From Zootoca vivipara (Eukaryota), in contig NC_083284.1 in the NCBI RefSeq assembly GCF_963506605.1, positions 124,001 to 188,000 on the forward strand: 64,000 nucleotides of DNA, read 5' to 3'. Below are positions 1 to 13,200 of the stretch, piece by piece (within the stretch, counting starts at the first letter, position 1; every line of letters starts with the position of its first letter). Under the pieces are notes generated by a model, which searched no databases, was not told the DNA's origin, and worked only from the letters and a program-made list of their open reading frames with translations. The translations under genes were made by a program, and so were the position numbers.

Positions 1-33
1 CTGAAGAGGCCCTGTTGAACTTTCCTCCCGCAG

Positions 34-3000
34 GCGGGCCAAGCGAGCTGCCAAGGGCCGGAGGAAGCCAGGCCCCCGGAAGAGGTAATGGAGCCAGGAG
101 GCCCCCTGCTTCTGTGCAGCAGGTGGATCCTGGCCCCTCCTGGCCCCTCCTGGCCCCTGAGTCCTGCCCTACCCCCCACCTGACAGGGCCAGGCTGTCCT
201 GCTCAGTCTTGATTCACTGGCTGTGGATCCAGAAGGGGAGGTGGTGAACCTCCTCCCCAAACCGAGCGCCCCTTTCCGCAATGCTTCCCCTGCGAGTTTG
301 AGGGCAGGAGGTTCACCCGGTGACTCAGAGGCGCTGCTGGAGGGCTGAGCTCTCTGCTTTCTGTGTCCTCTGCCTCTCAGTGGGGCAGCACCTCTCTCTA
401 GGGCGTCCCCCAGGTGCGGGTGACATTTCTTGTCTTGCCAGGGGCCTGAGTGTCCCATGGCCTTAGGCTGCCCTGGAGCTGAGCCATTTCTGCTGTGCAG
501 ACAGGGGTGGGGCGGCACTGAGGAACATGGGGAGTTTGGGGGGAGGCAGCATTTTTATTGATGGGACCTGAGGGTCATTTGACAGGCAGGCAGGCAGGAG
601 AGAACCCCTCTTGCCTTTCGATGGATGGATGCTTGCCTGTCTCCATCACCCTGACTCTGCCTGAGGAGCTGGTGTGTCGATGGCACGGGAAGACGCCAGA
701 ATGTTTCTGAGGAAAGGAGCAGGCAGAGCGGGGGGAGAAGGAAAGTGGGGCAGCACCTGAGCCATGGGAATGGATGTCTGGCTGCGGAGGACTTTGGACA
801 AAGGCGGCAGTGTGTGCTCTGTCTGGTCCAGGGATGTCTGAGCGGTGACTCACTGCTGGGCTGAGGGCACCTCTGTGTGCCTTCAGCTGGGAAGAAAGAG
901 GTGTCTTTACAGGCAGGCAAGCAAAGGTGGGCTGCAGGGGGGGGCGCTGGGAGGGAGCTGAGCACCCAGGTCCCGCTGCAACACGGGCAGCGTGTAACCT
1001 GGGTCATCTGTGTGGCATCATCAGTTTCCTCCCTGAGTCCTCCCTAAAGGGGCAAATTCTGGGAGGCTCTTCAGCTCAGCCTTAGGGCAAAAGGAGGTAT
1101 AGGAGGAAAGTTTATAAAGTCACACAGAAAGTGCTTCTTTTTTGTGGGGTGGGTCCTCTCTCTTTCATAATTCCAGGACTCAGGAAGTGATCCAATGTTG
1201 GGAGAGTTCCAGTGGGCAAAAAGGCAGCGCTTCATTGCAGAACATGGAATCTGCTGCCACAAGTCAGATGGGGGCCACTTTAGAAGAGAATTAGACAAAT
1301 TCCTGGAGGCCAGAGGAAGTGGGTTTGCCCTGCCTCATTCACTGGCCCTGAGCTCTCTGTTATGACTCTCCAAAGGTCTCACCAGGTGGAAAAAAGATCT
1401 TTCCCGGCCTTTGGTGTGTGTGAGAGATTTTTTTTGGGGGGGGAGGGGGAGTATCCTGGGCTCTTCTGCATTCAAAGCACCATGTCCTCTGCTGCTGAGC
1501 TAGGATCCCTCTTGGCTAAATGGAGCCTCCTTTTTCAGAAGGAGTCTACCATCCTACATGTGCCAGCTGCTGGGGACAAAATGGCGATCAGCTTTGAGGT
1601 TTCTCACAGCACTTTGCATGGTGCTGTGTGGGGCACAGTGGGGTGGGCTAGAGGGAGGCTTTGAATGACCAGCGAGGGCGGGAGGGAGGGATTCTCCTGT
1701 TCTTCAGTGTCCCAAGGCAGAAATGACACATTGAGCCATAGAACTGCAGAGCTGAAAGAGACACCCCCCCCCCGCAGTGCATGGCTGCCGGTGTGGCGCT
1801 GCATGGCTTCTCTGCGCTGGGGCTGGGGCTGCTGGCATGAGTCCTGGGGGAATGGATGCCAGGCTTGCTTCTGACAAGCCTGGGCTGGCCTCTGCAGCCT
1901 GATCCATCCCGGAGCAGTGCAAATGAGCGGAAAGTTTGCAAGTATCCGGCCCCAGGGAGGGAGGGAGGGGGCATGGTGGGCTCCGTCACTCACCTTGTCT
2001 GTCTGTCTTCCAGGCCGGTCTCCAGGTCTCGCCCCAAACATAGACGCAGGGAGGACTTTAGGGGCACCAAGAGGTAATGGGGCCTTGTGAGTCCCTGGGA
2101 GTCTGAGGGCAGGACTGGCGCCCGGCTGCTGCCCTCGGAGGGAGCCAGAGGCTCTTTTGCAACCGTCATTCCAGGTCCAGGGGAGCCAGAGGCCCTGCTT
2201 GGTATGGGAGTGCAGGGGACAGTGAAAGGGGGGGGAGAGATGCTACGATGCACGCCTGCCCCACAGGTGCCCCACCTGTGTGCTCCTTCCAGCCCTGCCC
2301 TCTGACCCCCTCTCTTCCCTGCAGGCTTTCCATGGAGCGGCAGCGGCTGAACTACCGGCTGCACTCGGTGGCCTGCCTGGGGACGGAGGTGCACCTCTCC
2401 CTCTGCTCCTTCGAGTTCTACAAGGGCAACGCCACAGGCGTCTGCAGGGCAGGGATGCCGGCCGTGGTCAGCTGCGTCCCTGGGCCGCTGTTTGCCACAG
2501 GGAACGCCCAGAAGAAGAAGAGGCAGCGGCAGCAGACAGGGCAGGTGAGTGGGGAAGGAGGGAGCAGGGGGGGCTTGCCCTGCCTGGCGGCAAGAGAGAG
2601 CACCCTGCCAGCTATTTCACAGAATCATAGAATTGTGGAGTTGGAAGGGACACCCAAGGGTCATCTAGTCCAACCCCCTGGAACGAAGGACACAGCTGTT
2701 TATTATGGCCTAAACATCCCTCCTTTCCTCCAAATGGAGCACAAATTGGCACCTTCCCAGTTTATCCTGCAACAACCCTGCAAGGTAGGCCAGGCTGAGA
2801 GATGGCAGCTGGCTGAAGATCATCCCGTGAGCTCCATTGTGGTGGAGTCTCTCCCAGGTCCCAGCTCTCAAACCACTGTGCTGCACTACCTCTGAGGAAC
2901 ATGGAGAGGGGCAGCCTCAGGGCACCACCTTCTGGGCGTCTCAGCTGCCCTTTGCTCCCCACAGCAACGCGTCCGGCTGAAGGGTGGGGCCAAGCCCGGT

Positions 3001-6000
3001 GAGGGGCGGGTCGAGGTGCTGAAGAATGGCGAGTGGGGCACCGTCTGCGACGACCGGTGGAGCCTGGCTTCGGCCAGCGTCGTGTGCCGGGAGCTGGGCT
3101 TTGGGAGTGCCAAGGAGGCTCTGACGGGCGCACGCATGGGCCAAGGTGAGCCACTAGGGGGACGGGGCCTGGGCTGCTCCTTTGGGGGTGCCCCCCCTGC
3201 CCAACAGTCCCTCCACCCCCCACCCCGGTCTGGACTGCCACAGGTGCCAGAGAGGCCTGGCACACCATGTTCATGTTGGAATGCACTCCTGGGGGGGGGG
3301 GAATGGCAGACCCCCAGTACCTCTGAGGGTCTTCCATGGACCTCTCCGGCTGGCATGTCCCTTCAGTCCAGAGCGCCGGTAATATGTGATCCTTTCCTCT
3401 GGAAAAGAGCACACAGGTCTTGTAGCATCTTGCAGTGAGAAGAAAGACTCACCTGCAGTTCTAAACTACTTTATTTGCAAGTTATAAATACATCTGTGTT
3501 CTCTGAACAACAGTTCAGAACTGTGACGCTGCAAAAGTGAAACTAACATTACAATAACACTTCTGCGGAAGAGATAAGACAGGCTTCCGTTCCCACACTC
3601 TCTCAGACAAGGAGAGCTTCATGGGGGGGGGGGTCCCCAACTCTGCATGCGCCCCCCACCAGGCAGATATGTGCTCACTTTGGAAACAAATATACTTCTA
3701 CAGAAAAGTCTAGCTTGGCAAATGAAATGTGGGTGGCGCCTTGGGATGGAGAAAGGGGGCACGGGGCAGTCTCTGACTTCCCACCACCGCCTTCCCCATA
3801 GACTGCCCCCCGCAAAGGGGCTCTCGGCTGGCCATTCCCAGAGGCCCAGCGTTTCCTCTCCTGCCACAGGGATGGGCCAGATCCACCTGAATGAGGTGCG
3901 CTGCCTAGGCACCGAGAAGTCCCTCTGGAGCTGCCCCCACAAGAACATCACGCAGGAGGACTGCAAGCATACCGAGGATGCGGCCGTCCGCTGCAACGTC
4001 CCGTACATGGGCCATGAAACCACGGTCAGCACTGGGGGCCCCAGGGAAGAGGGGCCTTGTCCTCTCTCCACCCCTAGGCTGCCTGCAGGCTTTCCCCAGC
4101 CCACAACTCCCCCTGTGCAGATTGGGCCTGCCACTCCCCAGTGCACCTGTGGCCAGGGCTGGGGAACCCTTGAGGCCACGATGATGTGCCCCCCACTCAG
4201 CCTGGGCTGAGGGCGGCTGCTGCCTGCCTGCCTTCCTGGCCTTGGCTGGTGGAAAGGGGCAGTGAGCCAGGATGGGGAGGGACAGCCGCCGGCTCATCGC
4301 TGGGCTTCCCCACAGATCCGCATCGCTGGGGGCCGAACCGCGTTTGAGGGGCGCGTGGAGGTGAAGCACGCCGGCCGCTGGGGCACCGTCTGCAGCACAG
4401 GCTGGAGCACCACGGAGGCCATGGTGGCCTGTCGCCAACTTGGCCTGGGCTACGCCATGCATGCCGTGACGGTAGGCGGGGGGCAGCTGTGGGGCTGGGA
4501 AGGAGGCAGTGGGGTGGGAGGGGTTTCCTGGGAGGGCAGCTGGCTGGAGAAGAGGCCCAGTGGAGAAGAAGGGGGACGTGGGGGCTACTAGCCAAGAGAA
4601 CTGTGGACTTGGGAGGGACCCCATGGGCAATCTAGTCTGACCCCCCGCAATGCAGGTATGGCGGCTGAAGCAGCCCTGGCAGATGGCCACCCGCTCTGCT
4701 CCATCAAGGCAGGAGAGTCCATTGGATCTCGTGCTCTGGTCTCTGGTTGGGCACTGCAAGAACAGGATTTGGGATCCAGCACAACAGACTCCCTGAGAAG
4801 GTCTGAAGCAGAGGCTGGGTGGCCCTGTGTCCCAGAGGCTTTAGTTGCGACTCCTGCATTTCAGGGGGCTTGACTAGATGGCCCTTGGAGGTCCCTTCTG
4901 AGATCCTTCTGTTCGGTGCCCCAGGGGTGAAGGTGCCCCATTGCCCTGCCTCTTGTGCTCTGTCCCCAGGAAACGTGGTACTGGGATGCCAGCAACGTGA
5001 CCGAGATGGTGGTGAGCGGGGTGAAGTGTGATGGGCACGAGTTGGCGCTGAGCCATTGCCAGCACCACAGCACCCTCAACTGCCCCAAGACGGGCACCCG
5101 ATTCGCCGCTGGAGTCATCTGCTCAGAAAGTGAGGCGGGGGGAGGGGCTGCTGGGGGGCAGAGAGACCCCTGGGAGCAAAACCACCTGGAAGCCAGTTGG
5201 GGGTCTTTGGAGAGACATGCCCACCCACCTTCCCTGGGGGCTGGCTCTGAAGCCCTGGGTGTGGGGTCCTTGAAAGGCAGAGGGGCCAGCCCCACAGCAG
5301 AGGCTGGCTCTCGGCTAGCTGGCCCCCAGGGGCTCCTTGGGCTAGCCCCACAGCTGCTGGGCCCGGCCCCCTCCCCTTCTCTCTCCACAGCTGCCTCGGA
5401 CTTGCTGCTGCATGCCCCCCTGGTCCAAGAGACGGCGTACATTGAGGACCGCCCTCTGCACATGCTCTACTGTGCTGCGGAGGAGAACTGCCTGTCCAGC
5501 AGCGCACGCAATGCCAACTGGCCCTATGGCCACCGCCGCCTCCTGCGCTTCTCCTCGCAGATCCACAACAACGGCCGGGCCGACTTTCGCCCCAAGGCAG
5601 GGCGCCACTCCTGGGTCTGGCACGAATGTCACGGGTGAGGGCCTTTCCCTCTTTTAGATCCCCTTTCGTCCCCAAGGAACTAAAGGTGGCGAATGCATGG
5701 TTCTCTCCCTGCCCTCTTTATTTAAATACCCCCAACACCCCTGCAAGGTAGGCTAGTTGCCCAGGGAGCTTCATGTCCGATGCTCTAACCACTACACCAC
5801 GCTGCCATATCTCACCCCAGGCACTACCACAGCATGGACGTCTTCACCCACTATGACCTTCTGACTTCCAATGGCACCAAAGTCGCAGAGGGACACAAGG
5901 CCAGTTTCTGCCTGGAGGACACTGAATGCCACGAGGGTGGGTGAGGCTGCCAGGGTGCCTGTGGGGCCGTGGGGTGGGGGTGGGGGGGGAGAAGAGCATG

Positions 6001-7832
6001 AGGAGCCTGGGGGGGGGGGCTGAGTTTGCCTACAGCAGCTCCCCAGGGGTTTAGGGAGGAGTTTGCAGCCCCCTGGCAGGACTTGACCCGCCTCCCCTTC
6101 TTTGGACAGATGTGAGCAAGCGCTATGAATGTGCCAACTTTGGGGAGCAGGGCATCACGGTGGGGTGCTGGGACCTCTATCGCCACGACATTGACTGCCA
6201 GTGGATAGACATCACTGACGTCAAGGCTGGCAACTACATCCTGCAGGTGAGACAAGAAGAGGGAGGGGAGGGGGCAGCAAACTCCTCAGGTGAACTGTAG
6301 GTTGTGTGAATGCAACTGTCAGGGGTGCTATAGTTGTGGTTCCTGCATTGCAGGGTTTGGACTATAAGACCCTAGGAGTCCCTTTGTAGGAGATGAATTG
6401 AGGATTAAATCTGTAGATTAGAGTTTAAAAGTTAAGTGGGCTGTGAAGCCTTTTTAGCAAAGTAAACACACTTGTCATTTTGCAACTTGCTGGCTTTTAG
6501 GAATGAGGCAGTTATACCTTTATTTGCGGTTTGCTAACCTTCCTTTCTCCACCTGCTGCAGAAAAGGTATCACACGTTTGCAGGCAGCAAATACAGGAAA
6601 GTAGAAGCGTAATGACACTTTTAAATTGCAGTAAAATAAAGGTTGGTAGTCTGGAGGGTGGGTTTTTGTCTGGAGCCCCCAGTCTGGAGCTTGAGAGCAC
6701 GGTGGACAGGGAGAGTCTTGGAGGCGGAAGGAAGGACAAGGGATGTCTCCTTTGTTACAGAATTCCCTCCCAGAGGAGACACACACACACACAGGGGCTC
6801 CTTCAAACTCTCCACATCTATTAAGCCTGGTCTTATGAGAGGCAGAAAGCAATTTCCTCTCTCTACCCCCCTCTGCCTAGTTTGTCGTAAATAGGGCCTG
6901 ATCCAGCCCTGTGGCTGCAACTCTATAGACCTGGCAATGAGACCCATAGGATGTAAAGGTAAAGGTAAAGGGACCCCTGACCATTAGGTCCAGTCGCAGA
7001 CGACTCTGGGGTTGCAGCGCTCATCTCGCTCTATAGGCCAAGGGAGCCAGCGTTTGTCCACAGACAGCTTCCAGGTCCTGTGGCCAGCATGACTAAGCCG
7101 CTTCTGGCGAACCAGAGTAGCGCATGGAAACGCCGTTTACCTTCCCACCGGAGTGATACCTATTTATCTACTTGCACTTTGACGTGCTTTCGAACTGCTA
7201 GGTTGGCAGGAGCTGGGGCCGAGCAAGGGGAGCTCACCCCGTTGCGGGGATTTGAACTGCCAACCTTCTGATTGGCAAGCCCTAGGGTCTGTGGTTTAAC
7301 CCACAGCGCCACCCGCGTCCCTTCCCCATAGGATGTACTTCTGAGCAAAAGGCTGTCCAAGACTGGGCACCAAATCAGGCCGTTGAAATCAGTGGGACAG
7401 GCATGGCGGGGGGCGCTGCACCTGTGGAGCTTCCACCTCCCTCCCCTCCTCACCCTCCAGCCCTTCCTCAGGGCTTTAACGCCCAGCTCTCAGGGCACTC
7501 CCCGCCCCCCCCCCCAGGCACAGGGCTCCCTTCAGCCTCCCTCCCTCCCTCCCTCCAGGTGGTGATTAACCCCCGATATGAAGTGGCAGAGAGCGACTTC
7601 ACCAACAACGCCATGAAGTGCAACTGCAAGTATGACGGCCACCGCATCTGGGTGCACAGCTGCCATATAGGTACTTTCCCAGGGGTTTGGGGGGGGCGGG
7701 GAGCTTGCTGGGGGTCCCCTCCTCTTCCTCATCCCCTCCTCTGGTCCTTCTGATGCAGGTGATGCTCTCAGCGAGGAGGCAAACAGGCGCTTTGAACAGT
7801 ACCCAGGACAGCTCAATAACCAGATTTTGTAG
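34..7832 (+). CDS. LOXL3: Lysyl oxidase-like 3, 3' part (SRCR2 C-terminal part, SRCR3, SRCR4, LOX catalytic domain); 5' exons lie upstream of the window
   Basis: Phase-consistent GT-AG exons: 34-84 and 2014-2073 (probable cassette exons), 2325-2544, 2965-3145, 3870-4024, 4316-4471, 4970-5129, 5391-5634, 5821-5936, 6110-6246, 7559-7670, 7759-7832 (TAG). SRCR motifs (EGRVEV..WGTVCDD), copper-binding [16 protein letters not shown] Lys ([10 protein letters not shown]) and Tyr ([11 protein letters not shown]), C-terminus [15 protein letters not shown]. Tail-to-tail with HTRA2 as in mammals. Confidence 0.96.
6956..7324 (-). mobile_element. Sauria SINE, near full length, in a LOXL3 intron
   Basis: GGGACGCGGGTGGCGCTGTGG head on the minus strand, (ACCTTT)n tail, 13-bp TSD CCCATAGGATGTA at 6943-6955 and 7325-7337. 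Confidence 0.85.
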
Positions 7833-9454
7833 GCCAGACCACAAGCGCCACTGGCTGGCCTGGCCTGCCCCACAGGAGGGGGGCTGAACCCTGAAAGCCC
7901 ATGACAGACAGCGGCTCACCTGGCGCGGCGCAGCCCTGGACGGGGCAGAGGCCAGTTGGCAATGGGCAGAAGAAAAGCAGGCTGCTGACCCCATGTGCCC
8001 CCCTCCATAGGGGAGCTGGGACTGAACTGCAGGACCAAACCCCCCAAATGGGAGCATCTGATGTGATGGGGAAATTGCAGGGGTGTGTGTGTGTGTGTCA
8101 GGAGGAAGCTGCTCCTTCTGCCCCCCCCTGCACAGCCACCCCCCCTTTTCTGGTGCTGCAGGCTCTGAGGCCAGGTCTTGTTTCCTATATAAAGTTCATG
8201 TCTTTTGTCCAACCTGCCTCCCTGCTGATGTGTGAGGAAGGGGCAGCTCAGCTCCAAGACAGGAAAAGCTCCAACCCCCCCCCCATTGCATTTGCACCCC
8301 CTGGCAAGAGCCAGCTGCACCTGGGAGGGGGGCAGGTCTGGCAGACCCTCAGCATGGTGGAGGGATGGCTCCGGTAGCCCCCAAAGTGCCAGGATTACGC
8401 AAGATCACAAGAATCCGCAGAATCTGGCCAGTGGCCCAGCGTCCTGTTCTCACAGCGGCCAATCGGATGCCCCAAAGGGATGCCACTCGTCATGGCAAAG
8501 GAGGAGCCATCAATCATCTCCTCCATGTATCGGTCACTTTCTTTAAAGCCATTCCAGTTGGGGGGGCCATCCCTGCCTCCTGCAGGAGGGAGTTCCACAG
8601 TTTCCACCGCGTGAAGTCCTCTTATTCCAACATTCAGCTTCTTGGATGTCCACACAATTTCTAGTTTTGAGAGAGTAGGAGAAAAACTTCTCTAACTGCT
8701 CTATTTCCCTCTCTTAATCTGGGTGGGGCATCTCAGATGGAGACAGCTGCAGCCAAGAAGAAAAAGGGGCATTTAGCACAAACACCCCGACCCACGGGAA
8801 CCCCCCCCTTTGACCACTTCAGAGCTATGCGAGAAATGTCCTAATGGAGCCCTGCGGTCAGTCGGCCAGCCTGGCCTAATTCTCCTGCAAGAACCCACCT
8901 TCTCCCCCCCCCCACTTACTTTCCGTGTCCTGTTTTCCTTCCTGGCTGGGCTGCAGAGAAACAAATTCCACGGCTGGAGGTGAAAGGAGAGGCCTGTCTG
9001 GGCAGCCGGTGGCGGCACAGGGGGACTCGGCACCCCTCCCGGTGAGACCAGGCTGAGCCCCTCAGAAACAAACAGCCCCTCACACCCACCCCCCAAAATT
9101 CCTGGGGCTTAGCAAGACCACTTCCAAGGCAAACCACACACACACTCCCTCCCCTGGCAGAAATCAGCCCACTTGGGGGCAAGGACACTGGCAGAGCAGA
9201 AAGGAAATCTGTGTTGCCATCGCTAAGCGCTGAGGTGGCACGTCTCTTTGGTCAGGGGGGGGGGGTGGCTCTTCTGGGCCCACCTCCAGTAGCCCTCCCT
9301 CCCTCAATGCAGGCCTCATTTGGGGGGGGGGAAGAGCCCCACCCCTGTTCCTCCAGAGCAAAGCAACCGATGTGCCAGTCCTCTGAGCTGCCCAGGCAGC
9401 AGTTGTGCAGCCCCCGCCTCAGATGGATTAATTAAACACCCTCAAGCATCCCAT

Positions 9455-9460
9455 AATAAA
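9455..9460 (+). terminator. Probable LOXL3 polyadenylation signal AATAAA
   Basis: First canonical AATAAA seen downstream of the LOXL3 stop; ATTAAA also at 9431-9436. Confidence 0.6.
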
Positions 9461-9490
9461 GACGAAATTGCTGCCCCCTTGGCAGAACCC

Positions 9491-9496
9491 TTTATT
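9491..9496 (-). terminator. Probable HTRA2 polyadenylation signal (AATAAA on minus strand)
   Basis: TTTATT on plus, about 750 nt beyond the HTRA2 stop. Confidence 0.6.
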
Positions 9497-10249
9497 TGAG
9501 CAGAAAGGAACGAGCCACAAAGCCCGTCCCAGTCCCTGTCTGGCTCTGCGGCAAGTCAGGTCAGGCGGAGCAGCGGCGAGCTCGGTAGGGTTTTAAAACA
9601 ACTTTCTAGTCCTTAAGGACCCTGTGGATGGCACAACCACCAGCCGCCCAGTCTCCATTCATTTACCCCACCCCTTATGTCACCCATGGCAGACAGACCC
9701 CTCAGCCTCCCCCTTAAGGATTCTTGCTTCGCTGCAACACCGTCTCACTGGCTGGGAGCAGAAGGGGCTGCGGATTGGGCCCCGCTGGGCTCGTTCCTCA
9801 TGATTCTGAGTGGGGGGGGGGTAGCAAAAGGGGCCATCTTCCTGCCAATTCCCCCCAGAAGGATGGCCACTTGGCCCCTTTTAAAACAGCTGGGCAAGGG
9901 GCAAACAGTGCCTGTGGAAAAGCCTGGCCTTCAGTGCCCGTTTGCGCAGCACCACGACAAAGGAGAATGACCCCTGATCTCCGCAAAACGTAGGCCTGGA
10001 CAGGTCAATAGCCAACGGGGAAAGGAAAAAAGGAAAGGGCTGCCCCCTCCCTCCAAAAGGAGAGCGCCCAGCTGACATCACACGACCAGGGAAGAGCGAG
10101 ACCCACCAAGCTGGCACCCCGACACCTGCTGGCCCCCCCCTCCTCCTCCCGTGGGGACAGAGGGCAGGATCAGTCCTCTCCACACTCAGGGCAAAGTCCG
10201 TCGTCCTGCCAAGACCCCCAAACGCAGCCGCCACAACCCCCGCCCGCCG

Positions 10250-13200
10250 CTACTCTGTGACTTCGGGGACAATGTTCAGCAGCAGCGCCTCGTAGCCCCG
10301 GCGGACCAGCAGCGTGAGGGTCTTCTGGCTCCGCACCGCCTCGTAGATGTCTTCTGCCCGCCGGGATGCCTGGCCGTTGATCTCCATGACCACGTCCCCT
10401 GCCTTGAGCCCTGCCCTGTGATGAGAGCAAAGTACGGGGGTGAGGGCAGAGAGACAGGTAAGGGGCGGGCAGGCCCTCCTTGCTCTGCCCATTCTAGGGT
10501 TGGGAGGGGTCCCCCGGGGTCATCTAGTCCAACCCCCAGCAAAGCAGGTGGGCGTTGCACTTACTGATGTGCCGGAGAGCCAATGATGACCTTGTGGATG
10601 AGGACCCCGTGAGAGACATCGGGGAAGGCCGGATCCCTTATCTTCAACTCAGACAGGATACTGGGGTGGGAGAGGGAGCCACAAGGTTAGGATTCCAGCA
10701 GGAGGGGGAGAGAAGGCTCTAGGCAGACCCCCAAGGAGGTGGGGACTCTGCCCCAGCAGCTTAGGGGGAGCCAGGGCCCACTCTGGAAGCAACCGCCCCA
10801 CTTGGGCCTGGAAGGATCGGGCGCTGAGCACCTACCTGGGTGTCAAGGTCAGCATCATCACCCCAATGTAGCGCCTCTTGCCATCTGTGCTGCCAAACCA
10901 GGAGTCTTGGGGGGGGGGAGGAGAGGAGAGGCTGTCATTGGCCCCGGGGGGAAGGAGACTCTGGGGCCCCCTCCATGCTGGAAGACCACCCAGACTTAAG
11001 GCTGCTAGGAGGAACATCCCTGGGTTGTGGGGGGCTCAGGTAGCCCCACCATATAGAGGCCAACCCCACCTCTCTCCCCATGGAAGGGGGGCAGATCCTC
11101 ACCCTTGCGCTTCTCCTCCTGCTCCAGGAAGGCTCTCAGTCGGTCGGAGGGGATGGCGAAGGAGATCCCGGGGGTCACCTTCATGGTGTTCACCCCAATC
11201 ACCTCGCCGTCCTAGGAGGCAGGGAGAGGAGCCCCGGGCAGCCACTTCAGGTTGGCTTTCGGGGGGTGGGGAGAAAAGCTCTGCTCCCCCCCCCCTCATA
11301 ACACTCCTAGCCATCCAACAAAGATGAACGTTGGGAGATTCAGGACTGATGCCACAGAAGGAAGTCCTTCTTTACGCAGCCCATAGCTAAACTGTGGAAC
11401 TCCCTCCCACAGGAGGGAGGGGTGGCCGCCAGCCTAAATGACTTTAAAGGAGGATGAGACTGCGTGGAGGAGGGGGCTGTGGAGGGCTCTGCCACCCCCC
11501 CCCCGCCCCTGGTCAGAGACAGCCCTGCTTCTGAATGCCAATTGCTGAATGCCAATTGCTGGGCTCCGATCCTGCTTGCAGACATCCCTTGGTGGCACCT
11601 GGTCTGCCACTGAGAACAGGATGTGGGACCAAATGCCGCCCCGCCAGCCTGAGCCAGCAGCAGGCCCTTCGGAGAGTCTGCCAAGCCCCCTGTGCCGCCT
11701 GGGAAATGAAGGCCCTGTTCCCCAACCAGTCAATGAGCAAAGACCCCCCCCCCTGTGCGGCAGGAGCCCCCATTCCCAAGAAATATGCAGAGGATGAGGG
11801 ACTTACCAAGTTGAGAAGGGGTCCGCCGGAGTTTCCAAACTGTAGAGCAGAAAACCAAAGAGGAAGTCACTTGGAGTGACCCATAGCTGCCCCTGGTCCC
11901 TCTGGGCACCCCCACCCTGGCCACAAGGGACAGGAGGCGGCCCAGGAATCCCCCAGGCCTCTCCCCCATGGCAGGGGAAGCCCCCCCCTGTGTTGCCGCC
12001 CCTCCTTACGTCAATGGCTGCGTCCGTCTGGATGTATTCCATGTCCGAAGCTGCCAAGCCCAGCTCCCGCCCCCCTCGCTGGGCAGCGCTGACGATGCCC
12101 GAGGTGATGGTGTTCTGCAGGGCAAAGGGGCTGCCCATGGCCACCACAAACTCCCCCTGGCGCACATCAGAGGAGCGGCCGAGGGGCAGCGTGGGTAGCG
12201 GGTGCTGCGGGGGGGGGGGAGGAGGAAAGAGACATGTGTCAGTACCAGAACACAGCAGGGGAGAGGCCCCCCCCCGCCTCATGGCCCCACAAATAACCCA
12301 GAGATGCATTTTAAATAAAAGGACACATTCTAGTCATGTAAAAACACGCTGATTCCCAGACCCTCCATGGGCCGGATTGAGGAGGCGGTGGGCCTGATCC
12401 GGCCCCCGGGCCTTCGTTTGCCTACCTATGGTCTAAGTCCAAGGGGCACTGTTGCAAATCCCCTGCTGCCTCAGGGCACCCATCAGCCCCCACCCCCCGG
12501 CCTCCCCGTGGAGGGACTCACCTTGGCGTTGATCTTGATGGTGGCAATGTCTGCCACCTGGTCCACCTGCCTCACCACAGCGTCATAGAGCTCCCCGCTG
12601 GCCAGGCGCACTCGCACCCGCTTCCGGTTGGCCACCACGTGGGCGTTGGTGACAATCAGCCCATCCGCAGACACCACGAAGCCGGAGCCGTTGGAGATGG
12701 GCACCTCCCTGCCGGAAAACGGGTGCCTGTGGGAGGGAGGGAGGGGGGAATGAGGGACACGGGGACCAGGCCCAGGCGTGGGGGAAGCCCCAACCCAGGA
12801 GGGCCCATGTCAAGGACTCCAGCAGAGCCAGGATCAGGCCAATGGGCAACCTAGAGGTTGTACAATGACAATAAAGTTATTATTATATCACTAGTATCTT
12901 GAAGCCCGTTAAAATAACGGATGCTAGAACATATGTGGTGTAAACTTTGTAAAAGAATCAGTGCATCACAGACGATAAAGGAAAAAGGGAACTGAACAAC
13001 TGTGGCACATCCAAGAGAACCAATGCCATTTCTAATAGAACAGGGAAGTTTTAGGCCAGTATTTTAGGCCAATCCTATTCATTTTCAGTTTTATTTTCTA
13101 ATGTTTACTGCTCTTCCTCTGAAAAGCTATGGTCATGCAATGCCATGTGTATGTTTTCCAAAGGGGAAAATTTCCTCTCAGAAATATTTCTAAACTGCTT

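Noticed and set aside
3435-3725. AT-richer insert in a LOXL3 intron (also about 6385-6945) resembling solo LTRs
   Set aside because: Could not define both TG...CA termini and a TSD by eye; left uncalled pending a repeat-library search.
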